DNA of 64,000 nucleotides from Gammaproteobacteria bacterium (GTDB lineage Bacteria; Pseudomonadota; Gammaproteobacteria; Francisellales; CACEW01): NCBI GenBank assembly GCA_030652335.1, contig JAUSAW010000002.1, positions 205,866 to 269,865 of the forward strand, read 5' to 3'. Shown piece by piece: positions 56,403 to 64,000 of this stretch (position 1 is its first letter; each line of letters starts with the position of its first letter). The notes under the pieces were generated by a model. It saw only the letters and a program-made list of their open reading frames with translations, ran no database searches and was not told where the DNA came from. The position numbers and the translations under genes were made by a program.

Positions 56403-57275
56403 ATGACAGCTCAAATTATCGATGGTAAACATATAGCCCAGCAATTGCGCAACACCGTCAAGCAATCGGTGGAAAACCGCTTAAATAATGGTCTTCGCGC
56501 CCCAGGCCTTGCCGTTGTGATTATAGGCGAAGATGCCGCTTCTCAAATTTATGTTAAAAACAAACGCCAGGCCTGTGCCGAAGTAGGCTTTATTTCCAAA
56601 CACTTTGACTTGCCCGTTGAAACTTCCGAGGAAAAGCTATTAGCCCTTATCAATGCGCTTAACCATGATGCAGCTATTGATGGCATTTTAATTCAGCTGC
56701 CCCTGCCGGCTCATATCGATACCGACAAAATAATCGATGCTATCGACCCCAGCAAAGATGTGGATGGCTTCCATCCATATAATATTGGTTTATTAGCCCA
56801 AAGACGCCCTGGCTTACGACCTTGCACACCTAAAGGCGTGGTCTATTTATTGCAATCCACCGGCGTTAATTTGGCCGGCAAGCACGCGGTAATAGTCGGA
56901 GCCTCTAATATTGTAGGCCGGCCTATGAGCCTGGAGCTATTATTGCAAAAATGCACGACTACGGTCTGCCATCGCTTTACTGAAAACATACCCTATTTTA
57001 CCAAGCAGGCCGATATTTTAATCGTCGCCGTTGGCAAACCCAGCTTTATTGAAGTGGGCTGGGTTAAGCCTGGCGCTATTATTATCGATGTGGGAATTAA
57101 CCGTTTAGATAATGGCAAGCTTGTGGGTGATGTGGATTTTGATTCTGCTAAAAAGGTCGCAAGCTGGATTAGCCCGGTCCCAGGCGGCGTCGGACCTATG
57201 ACGGTAGCCTGTCTTTTAGAAAACACCCTATTGGCCGCTGAGTCAAAGACCAGATCCCGGGTTCTTTTATCTTAG
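56403..57275 (+). CDS. folD: Bifunctional methylenetetrahydrofolate dehydrogenase/cyclohydrolase
   Basis: [27 protein letters not shown]. Confidence 0.95.
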   Translation: MTAQIIDGKHIAQQLRNTVKQSVENRLNNGLRAPGLAVVIIGEDAASQIYVKNKRQACAEVGFISKHFDLPVETSEEKLLALINALNHDAAIDGILIQLPLPAHIDTDKIIDAIDPSKDVDGFHPYNIGLLAQRRPGLRPCTPKGVVYLLQSTGVNLAGKHAVIVGASNIVGRPMSLELLLQKCTTTVCHRFTENIPYFTKQADILIVAVGKPSFIEVGWVKPGAIIIDVGINRLDNGKLVGDVDFDSAKKVASWISPVPGGVGPMTVACLLENTLLAAESKTRSRVLLS

Positions 57276-57300
57276 ACAAAAGCCCCAGTATGGTGATTCC

Positions 57301-58311
57301 CTAAACGGCGGCTTCCGCTAGCAATTGATCTTTAATAATATCGATTTCTTGCTGAGATAAGCGTGGACCATATTGAGCCACTACAGTTGCCGAGGCTAGG
57401 CTGGCTAATCTTCCGGCAAACTCATAAGAATAGCCTTGGGTAATTGCAGCTAAGAAGGCCCCAGCATAGATATCACCCGCGCCTAAAGTATCGATAGCCA
57501 GCACATTTACGGCGGCAATCTCGATATAATCCTGCCCGTCGAATACTATAGAACCTTTAGCACCACGAGTAATTACAAAACATTTTGCAACGGTCTGCAA
57601 AGTTTGCTTAATGACTTCTAAATTAGTGCTATCGCAAAATTCAGCTGCTTCTTCATAATTACAAAATAATAAGTCTACGCCTTCATTAATTAGCTCAAGA
57701 AACTGGCCCTTAAAGTACTTTACGATAGCGGGATCCGATAGGCTAATCGAGGTTTTTACATTATGCGCCCTGGCAAGCTGCTTCGCTTTTTTTACCGCTT
57801 TACAGGCGGTAGGCGAAGTCATTAAATAGCCTTCAATATAGAGATACTCTGAATTTTGTAAGGCTTCAAGATTAAGTTCCTCTTCGGATAAGGTTTCACT
57901 TATTCCTAAAAAGGTATTCATGGTGCGATCGGCATCATTCGTAATCATTGCTAAGCACTTCCCGGTAGATCCAGATTGACGAACCTGAGTGTCAAAATTG
58001 GAATCTAAACCCGCCGTCCGCATTTCACGGTAATAATGGTCGCCGGCTTCATCATTCGCAATTTTACAGGTATAAAAGCCTAGGCTACCGAACTGCTGAA
58101 TGGCAATCATGGTATTAGCCGCCGAACCACCGGATGCTATTTTACGGTGATTTGCTAAGCCAAGGTAATTTAAAACTAGGGCTTGACGACCCTCATCGAC
58201 TAAGGTCATGACACTTTTTTCAATGCCATGCTGGGCAAAAAACTCAAAATTTACCTCAAATTCGATATCTAATAAGGCATTACCTATTCCATATACATGA
58301 TATTGTTTCAT
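57301..58311 (-). CDS. PfkB-family kinase (adenosine-kinase-like)
   Basis: N-terminal GIGNALLD and the C-terminal DTLGAGD ribokinase-family motif. Confidence 0.75.
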   Translation of the reverse strand: MKQYHVYGIGNALLDIEFEVNFEFFAQHGIEKSVMTLVDEGRQALVLNYLGLANHRKIASGGSAANTMIAIQQFGSLGFYTCKIANDEAGDHYYREMRTAGLDSNFDTQVRQSGSTGKCLAMITNDADRTMNTFLGISETLSEEELNLEALQNSEYLYIEGYLMTSPTACKAVKKAKQLARAHNVKTSISLSDPAIVKYFKGQFLELINEGVDLLFCNYEEAAEFCDSTNLEVIKQTLQTVAKCFVITRGAKGSIVFDGQDYIEIAAVNVLAIDTLGAGDIYAGAFLAAITQGYSYEFAGRLASLASATVVAQYGPRLSQQEIDIIKDQLLAEAAV

Positions 58312-58396
58312 TGCTTAACGTCCGATGAGGCAAAGGAGCTATTTTAAAAGATTTTTCTACCGTGAGCAAAGGGAAATTGCTAGAATCGATCTATTA

Positions 58397-58428
58397 CCCC
58401 TCTCCCTAGCCCTCCCCCTCAGTGGGGA
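58397..58428. repeat. GGGAGAGGG-family repeat upstream of rpiA
   Basis: CCCCTCTCCCTAGCCCTCCCCctcagtGGGGA. Its reverse complement shares GGGCTAGGGAGAGGG with 27083-27100. Confidence 0.6.
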
Positions 58429-58449
58429 TGAAACTTACAAGGAACTAAA

Positions 58450-59106
58450 ATGACCCAAGATCAAATGAAACAAGCGGCTGCAGAAGCCGCCATACAATAC
58501 ATCGAATACGATATGATCGTCGGCGTCGGTACTGGCTCTACGGTAAAGTATTTTATTGAAGCCTTAGGCCCTATTAAGGGTAAATTACAAGGCTGCGTCT
58601 CAAGCTCGGAATCCTCCACTCAATTATTAAAAGCTTTAAATATCCCTGTGCTCGATTTAAATTCGGTCAGCAGCTTAGATATCTATATCGATGGCGCCGA
58701 TGAAGTCACCATGCATAAGCAAATGATTAAAGGTGGTGGCGCGGCACTTACCCGTGAAAAAATTCTAGCCGCGGCTTCCAAGCAATTTATCTGCATTGCC
58801 GATGAAAAAAAATTAGTCGACGTGCTAGGCAAATTTCCCTTGCCGATCGAGGTCATCCCATTAGCTAGAAGCTATGTGGCCCGTGAACTGCAAAAGCTTG
58901 GTGGCCAACCTATATATCGCGAAGGCGTTATTACCGATAATGGCAATGTGATTTTAGACGTGCACAACCTTAGCATTCTCGAACCTAGCAAGCTCGAATC
59001 TGAAATCAATCAAATCGCCGGCGTGGTCTGTAATGGGCTATTTGCCAGAAGACCTGCCGATAAGGTTGTGATTGGAACTCAAAAAACTGTGAGAATCATC
59101 GATTAA
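58450..59106 (+). CDS. rpiA: Ribose-5-phosphate isomerase A
   Basis: [24 protein letters not shown]. Confidence 0.95.
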   Translation: MTQDQMKQAAAEAAIQYIEYDMIVGVGTGSTVKYFIEALGPIKGKLQGCVSSSESSTQLLKALNIPVLDLNSVSSLDIYIDGADEVTMHKQMIKGGGAALTREKILAAASKQFICIADEKKLVDVLGKFPLPIEVIPLARSYVARELQKLGGQPIYREGVITDNGNVILDVHNLSILEPSKLESEINQIAGVVCNGLFARRPADKVVIGTQKTVRIID

Positions 59107-59164
59107 TTTGTCAAATTCATTTGACATCTCAGCTCTCAACAGTACAATGGCACAGCTAGTTTCT

Positions 59165-59256
59165 GGAGAGGTGGCCGAGCGGCTGAAGGCGCTCCCCTGC
59201 TAAGGGAGTATGCGGGTAAGACTGCATCGAGGGTTCGAATCCCTCCCTCTCCGCCA
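59165..59256 (+). tRNA. tRNA-Ser (anticodon GCU), class II with long variable arm, CCA encoded
   Basis: Hand-folded: acceptor GGAGAGG/CCTCTCC; anticodon stem CTCCC/GGGAG with loop CTGCTAA; T-arm GAGGG-TTCGAAT-CCCTC; 3' GCCA. Confidence 0.9.
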
Positions 59257-59265
59257 TATAGAAAA

Positions 59266-59295
59266 TAATAAGGGCGCCTAATTAGGCGCCCTTAT
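59266..59295. terminator. Bidirectional terminator after tRNA-Ser
   Basis: AATAAGGGCGCCtaattaGGCGCCCTTATT, a perfect palindrome with flanking A/T runs. Confidence 0.75.
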
Positions 59296-59302
59296 TTATT
59301 TG

Positions 59303-59327
59303 TGGCAAGGGAAGGATTTGAACCCGA
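59303..59327 (-). other. tRNA 3'-end-like fragment (T-loop plus acceptor), possible old att remnant
   Basis: Minus strand: tcGGGTTCAAATCCttcCCTTGCCA. It has a T-loop consensus and a 7-nt acceptor arm, but no 5' half to pair with. Confidence 0.3.
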
Positions 59328-59359
59328 TAGAAGGGTTTAACTAATTCGTTTGGAACAAA

Positions 59360-60079
59360 TTAGGGCGCATGCGGCAATCCAGCACCACCCATTACGGGCG
59401 CTGGCTCAGCTTCTCTTGCTAAAATTGCTTGCAACACCAGAGACGATCCAGCTCTAGCTGGTGCAAACTCGATTAACAGCCTATTTATATATTGACAAAA
59501 GTCTGAATTGACATCTAAGTCATAGGACGATATTTTTTTTAGGGCTACTTTAAAAGCATTCACCCTTTCGTTTGATGCCATGATGAATGCACGTAAGACC
59601 TCCAGACTTTCTGGAACAGCACCCTCAGCCCTAGAATTCAATTTTACCATCTCCATATATCTTTGATATATGCTAAACATAGTATCGATATCAGGCTTAT
59701 ACAACGCCCTAATAATATTAGGGATATCTTCAGCCCATCGTTTTCCTTCTTTAACACGTTGGGTCTCAAATTTCTTTATATAGGTTTCTACTGCTTCATA
59801 AATATAAGAGATCTTAGCCTCTAAGCCTTGCAAAAAATCGGCGATTGGGTCATCAGCCAGATTAGTAACAATTACCTGATCTGAATGTTCTGCAAGGTAT
59901 GCATTTGGCCATATCTGACTACCTTCTGAAAAAACATCTATAATATCTGTTGTGTGTTTTTCTGTATAACATACCACTCTAAATTGAGGTAAGCCTCCCC
60001 CATGTCGAGGAATACCTTCTGCTACCTCAAAATTCTTTCCTCTAGTTGGCCTGCCTAATGAAAGCTGGGGTGCGCGCAT
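59360..60079 (-). CDS. Orphan 239-aa protein
   Basis: Strong SD AAGGAG. No recognisable family. Gly/Pro/Ala-rich termini. It lies between csrA and tRNA-Ser(GCU), which are immediate neighbours in E. coli. Confidence 0.5.
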   Translation of the reverse strand: MRAPQLSLGRPTRGKNFEVAEGIPRHGGGLPQFRVVCYTEKHTTDIIDVFSEGSQIWPNAYLAEHSDQVIVTNLADDPIADFLQGLEAKISYIYEAVETYIKKFETQRVKEGKRWAEDIPNIIRALYKPDIDTMFSIYQRYMEMVKLNSRAEGAVPESLEVLRAFIMASNERVNAFKVALKKISSYDLDVNSDFCQYINRLLIEFAPARAGSSLVLQAILAREAEPAPVMGGAGLPHAP

Positions 60080-60243
60080 AACTCTACTCCTTAATTAATA
60101 ATAAAATTTCAAAGGGTTAGTAGGTAATTCCCCTATTATCATAAATCGTAATAGTATGACCTACGGGAACCAAAAAATAAATGCTACAAAAGAAATTTAC
60201 ATTAGCCCATTTCAATTGAGAAAAGATAGGTATTTATAGGCAT

Positions 60244-60268
60244 AAAAAAAACGGGGCATAAGCCCCGT
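60244..60268 (-). terminator. Rho-independent terminator after csrA
   Basis: Minus strand: ACGGGGCttatGCCCCGTTTTTTTT. Confidence 0.8.
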
Positions 60269-60288
60269 ATATTTAAAATACGCTAAAT

Positions 60289-60480
60289 TTATCCTTCCGA
60301 CGTAGCCTGTTCTTCTAAAGCTTGGTGAATTCGTTTATAAATTTCTTCGCGATGAACAGAAACATCTTTGGGAGCGGTTATACCAATGCGAACCTGATTT
60401 CCCTTCATGCCTAAAATAGTCATGGTTATATCATCACCGATTACGAGTGTCTCACCTACTCTACGTGTAAGAATTAGCAC
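60289..60480 (-). CDS. csrA: Carbon storage regulator CsrA
   Basis: [18 protein letters not shown]...[22 protein letters not shown], with a GTG start. Confidence 0.95.
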   Translation of the reverse strand: MLILTRRVGETLVIGDDITMTILGMKGNQVRIGITAPKDVSVHREEIYKRIHQALEEQATSEG

Positions 60481-60562
60481 GACGATACTCCTTTATTTTC
60501 GGCCATTATTTTTAGTGTAATCAGCCGGTTAACCCACTTAGTGATGCTATTATCCTACTTTT

Positions 60563-61348
60563 TCAGACTTTAGCAAGAATTAAATCTAAGTATGTTTTCC
60601 AGGCAGTTTCACGGTAACATTTTGCCAAGGTTAAAGGATTGGAGGCAGAAAGTATATCTCTTCCTACAATAATTACGTCACAGCCTTGATCTACAATAGC
60701 TTGACTTGGGCTTCGATATTGCTGCCCGAGCTTGTCACTACCAGGTTTGAGCTTAACCCCCGGGGTCATATAAATCCAATTAGGGTCCTCTGCAAAACAA
60801 TGCTGACTGATAAATCCAATTACAAACTCAGGGTATTGCTTAGCAAAATTAAGCACTTTTTCAATATAGTTTTGCGTAAATAGATTCCCAGCAGAGCTCA
60901 TTTCAGCCAAAAGCAATAAACCACGGCCTTTTGGTAAGCCAATTTGACTTAAACCCTCAATAATTCCAGGGCCTGGCAGACAATGGGCATTGATAATATC
61001 GGCCCATTCTGCAATATGATAAATTCCCTTAGCATATTGTAATTGCACGGTATGACCGATATCGGCGAACTTTCGGTCTTCAAAGATTAAAAACTGATGC
61101 TTATCAGCCAATTGCCTTAGCTGAACCACTAAATCCTGATCGAAATCTTCGATAATATCGATGTGGGTCTTTAACACACATATCTCAGGGCCTAATAGGT
61201 CAGCTATGGCCAATAATTCACGTTTAGTGGTCACGTCGGCGGACAAGGCTAAATTTGACTGCTTATCGGCCATTAATTTAAATAGCTTTTTAAGCAAGGG
61301 GTGCGTCGTTAATTCAGCGCGTTTTTCAAATGTTAACCTCGTTGCCAT
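60563..61348 (-). CDS. pyrF: Orotidine-5'-phosphate decarboxylase, eukaryotic (URA3)-like type
   Basis: Long blocks match yeast URA3 as I recall it: [20 protein letters not shown] / [31 protein letters not shown] / [19 protein letters not shown] / [26 protein letters not shown]. Confidence 0.9.
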   Translation of the reverse strand: [261 protein letters not shown]

Positions 61349-61358
61349 CTCTTATTCC

Positions 61359-62639
61359 TTAGAACGTGTATCGAACACCGGCTGCTATAATATTAGCATA
61401 GCCACTATAATCCGCGTAAATTGAATTAGTAGTAGGTAAATTACTAGGCCCTGACTGTGATACGCTGATAGTCTGACTAGCCATAAAGATATGCTCATAA
61501 GTCAAATCAAAGGCCAAGTTTTGGCTTGGTTGGTAATCTACACCAGTCGTTAACCAGTAGCGATTGCTGCCTGGGATTCTTGGATCGCGGTACTGATTGA
61601 TAGTAGGAGTTTGATCATAAGCCGTACCGCCCATTAATGCCCAACGCTGGTTCAATTGGTATTTAGCACCTAATGAGAAGAACCAGGTATTGCGCCAATC
61701 CATAGTGGTATCATCAGCTACTCCATTAGTGAGGTTAGCATTGATACCATTCATTAAAGCCCAATGGGTCCATAATGCGCTGGCCATCACCGTCCACTTA
61801 TTATTTAGCACTTGAGAGCCGGATATCAAAATTTGATCAGGCAAAGTAATACTTGCTGTCGCGCCTGGACTTCCATCTAGGATAGTAATCGGAGAAGTAA
61901 TATCCGCTGCCCCTTCGATTTCCTGATGAATCCTAGAACGATAGCTAATACCTAAATTGCTGCCTTGAACAGGTGTAATTAAGGCACCCAGACTGTATCC
62001 ATAACCCCATGAAGTCCCGCTTAAATCAGCTGTTAATATAGCAGGGTTAGAAAGGCTAGCTATGCTGTTTGAATAGTCAACGCTCGCCTTTTGAGCATGG
62101 AAAGACGCTCCTAAGGCTAAATATTTATCAACTTGCATCGCTAAAGTAGGCGCGATATCAAAGGTTTTAATTGAAGAATTAAGCGCGTTATTACGCCCCA
62201 CCCAACTGGTATCATAATCTGTTCTTAAACCCCAGGGTGCGGTAAGCGCTAAACCGGCTTTTACTGGAGTTGAATTTACCCAACCGATATAGGCATCAGG
62301 CACCCATGCATCAGGAGCTACGCTATCTTCATTATTAATACCTGTGACAGGAGCACCATCTATATTTGCTCTTGCATTAGAATAACGAACGGTTGGTGCA
62401 ATATAGCTGGTACCCAGATAAATCTGACTGCTTTTTAACGTGGCTAAAGTCGCCGGGTTAAATGCCATCGCCGTAACGTCGTTTGTGGCCGAGCCTGCGC
62501 CTGCAATAGCAGTGGCTTGTAACTCTGGACTTAGCTCATTAATGGCAAAACCGGCCGCATAGGCTGAACCTGCTAAAGCTAAACTTGTTGCTACAAAGGC
62601 TAATTTAAATCCTAGTTTTGATAACGTACGAACCGCCAT
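61359..62639 (-). CDS. Outer-membrane transport protein, FadL/OmpP1/TodX family
   Basis: Signal peptide ...ALAGSAYA/AGF. The N-terminal hatch region is NELSPELQATAIAGAGSA. It is a beta-barrel with the terminal GVRYTF. The start at 62639 is preferred over 62663. Confidence 0.85.
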   Translation of the reverse strand: MAVRTLSKLGFKLAFVATSLALAGSAYAAGFAINELSPELQATAIAGAGSATNDVTAMAFNPATLATLKSSQIYLGTSYIAPTVRYSNARANIDGAPVTGINNEDSVAPDAWVPDAYIGWVNSTPVKAGLALTAPWGLRTDYDTSWVGRNNALNSSIKTFDIAPTLAMQVDKYLALGASFHAQKASVDYSNSIASLSNPAILTADLSGTSWGYGYSLGALITPVQGSNLGISYRSRIHQEIEGAADITSPITILDGSPGATASITLPDQILISGSQVLNNKWTVMASALWTHWALMNGINANLTNGVADDTTMDWRNTWFFSLGAKYQLNQRWALMGGTAYDQTPTINQYRDPRIPGSNRYWLTTGVDYQPSQNLAFDLTYEHIFMASQTISVSQSGPSNLPTTNSIYADYSGYANIIAAGVRYTF

Positions 62640-62784
62640 GAAATTCCCCCTCTCGTTTGGCAAATTATCCTTTCTACTATGAATTTAAAAATCTTGCAAC
62701 AAAAATGAGCAGGCCATGTTTAAAGTGGAATAATTAGTGCGCATGTGCAAAACTACTAATCAATAAAAAGACTGGGCCAAAATA

Positions 62785-64000
62785 ATGCATACCTCTATTT
62801 TAAAAAATGCTTTTCAACCTATGGCGCTTATTTTGTTTTTTCTTGGCTTCGCTTCCGGCCTTCCCTTAGCATTAACCAGCTCAACGTTAACGGCCTGGTA
62901 TACTCAGTCCGGCACCAGCTTAATCGGGATCGGCTTTTTAAGCTTAATCGGACAGCCTTATATTTATAAATTTATCTGGGCGCCTTTAATGGATCGGTTT
63001 ATTCCACCCTTTTTAGGTCGCCGTCGTGGCTGGCTTATCATTACGCAACTGGCTTTAATCGCTGCCATTATGTTAATGGCTAGCCTATCACCTAGCTCGC
63101 ATCCAAAATTGCTGGCGCTATTCGCCTTATTAGTTGCGTTTTTATCGGCCTCCCAAGATACCACTAGCTGTGCGGTATTAGTCGAGATGCCAAATGAGCA
63201 ACAGAAAGGCTTTGCCTCAGCCGTTTATATTACGGGTTATAGAGCGGCGGTGATTATCTCTGGAGCGTTGGCTTTAATCCTGGCACAAAATATTGGCTGG
63301 CATATCACCTATATTATTATGGGCTCATTGATGTTGGTCGGCGTGGTGACCACCTTATTGATGCCAGAACCTAAAGTGAGCGCTGTAGTGGCGACAACCA
63401 AGCCAAGTTTTTATGAAAACGTCACCCTACCCTTTACCGAATTTTTTAAACGCAAAGGCGCTAAAGCTTCCCTTTTATTGATTCTGGTTATTGTGCTTTA
63501 TAAATTAGGCGATGCCTTTGCCCTAACGCTTAATACCACTTTTTTATTACGAGACTTGCATTTTTCCTTAACCGATGTCGGCATAGCCAATAAAGGTGTC
63601 GGGATGATCTCAAGCATCGCCGGCGGCATTATCGGTGGCTTACTCATGATGCGCTTAACTCTATTTCGCAGCTTAATACTATTTGGCCTATTTCAAGCCG
63701 TTTCGAACCTGGCTTTTATGTGGTTAGCGCATATAGGGCATAATTATTGGGGCATGATATTTGCTATATTTGCAGAGAATTTCTGTGGCGGCTTAAGCAA
63801 TACTGGGTTCTTGGTATTATTGATGACACTTTGTAATAAACAATATACCGCGACTCAGTTCGCGCTATTTTCGGCCTTTGCCAGCCTTGGTCGAGTCTAT
63901 GTGGGGCCTGTGGCTGCGGTAATGATCGATCATGTGGGCTGGATGTGGTTTTACTTTACCACCTTCTTAATTTCCTTACCTGGCGTGGCGATGTTGCCTT
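62785..64000 (+). CDS. ampG: AmpG-family muropeptide permease (MFS), 3' end beyond the window
   Basis: Not in the ORF track because it has no stop. My translation from the ATG at 62785 is open to the window end and colinear with E. coli AmpG: FLGFASGLPLAL, YKFIWAPLMDRF, GRRRGW, SASQD, LYKLGDAF, ENFCGG, LMTLCNK, TQFALFSA. Confidence 0.8.
   Translation, partial: MHTSILKNAFQPMALILFFLGFASGLPLALTSSTLTAWYTQSGTSLIGIGFLSLIGQPYIYKFIWAPLMDRFIPPFLGRRRGWLIITQLALIAAIMLMASLSPSSHPKLLALFALLVAFLSASQDTTSCAVLVEMPNEQQKGFASAVYITGYRAAVIISGALALILAQNIGWHITYIIMGSLMLVGVVTTLLMPEPKVSAVVATTKPSFYENVTLPFTEFFKRKGAKASLLLILVIVLYKLGDAFALTLNTTFLLRDLHFSLTDVGIANKGVGMISSIAGGIIGGLLMMRLTLFRSLILFGLFQAVSNLAFMWLAHIGHNYWGMIFAIFAENFCGGLSNTGFLVLLMTLCNKQYTATQFALFSAFASLGRVYVGPVAAVMIDHVGWMWFYFTTFLISLPGVAMLP

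Noticed and set aside
57250-57275. The last ~8 codons of folD (..[10 protein letters not shown]) contain gatcccgggttc, reminiscent of the GGAyyCCCGGTTCC repeat family
   Set aside because: The match is only about 10-12 nt. That is too short to claim a repeat-derived C-terminus without a genome-wide repeat model.

Overview
This is a chromosomal segment of an AT-rich gammaproteobacterium. By inference it belongs to the Legionellales (Legionella/Coxiella-like intracellular lineage). The evidence is AddAB instead of RecBCD, gnnA/gnnB next to lpxB, tandem lpxA paralogues, a Legionella-like CsrA, and many orphan genes with eukaryote-like motifs. The backbone is ordinary housekeeping DNA with E. coli-like synteny: map | rpsB-tsf-pyrH-frr-uppS-cdsA ... 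bamA-skp-lpxD-fabZ-lpxA ... lpxB / rnhB; recO-pdxJ; prfB ... lysS-efp-epmA; guaB-guaA; folD; rpiA; tRNA-Ser; csrA; pyrF; fadL; ampG. About ten orphan or accessory genes sit at breaks in that synteny. The most interesting locus is 43.9-47.5 kb. It holds a tandemly duplicated, divergently transcribed two-gene module: a small ankyrin-like protein plus a ~380-aa orphan protein whose C-terminus is CCTIA or CCTIV, a CCaaX prenylation/palmitoylation-type box. Each large gene is preceded by the same promoter architecture, TTAAx-aaaacc-TTAAG-N10-TATAxT, which resembles a PmrA tandem repeat. A third copy of that architecture precedes a secreted TPR protein at 50.2 kb. I interpret this as a candidate, uncharacterised host-lipidated effector/partner system. 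Other notable points follow. (1) A DUF4143 AAA ATPase cassette is bracketed by duplicated 3' ends of ansA and a decayed tadA 3' fragment, a Campbell-type integration signature. (2) Several families of short palindromic repeats occur, three of them inserted in-frame into essential genes (lpxB twice, addA once). (3) An F-box-like orphan splits the conserved prfB-lysS operon. (4) Ribosomal protein S2 has a ~100-aa Lys/Ala-rich tail. (5) PyrF is yeast URA3-like. (6) prfB has the classic +1 frameshift. No CRISPR array, rRNA, prophage or intact IS element was seen.
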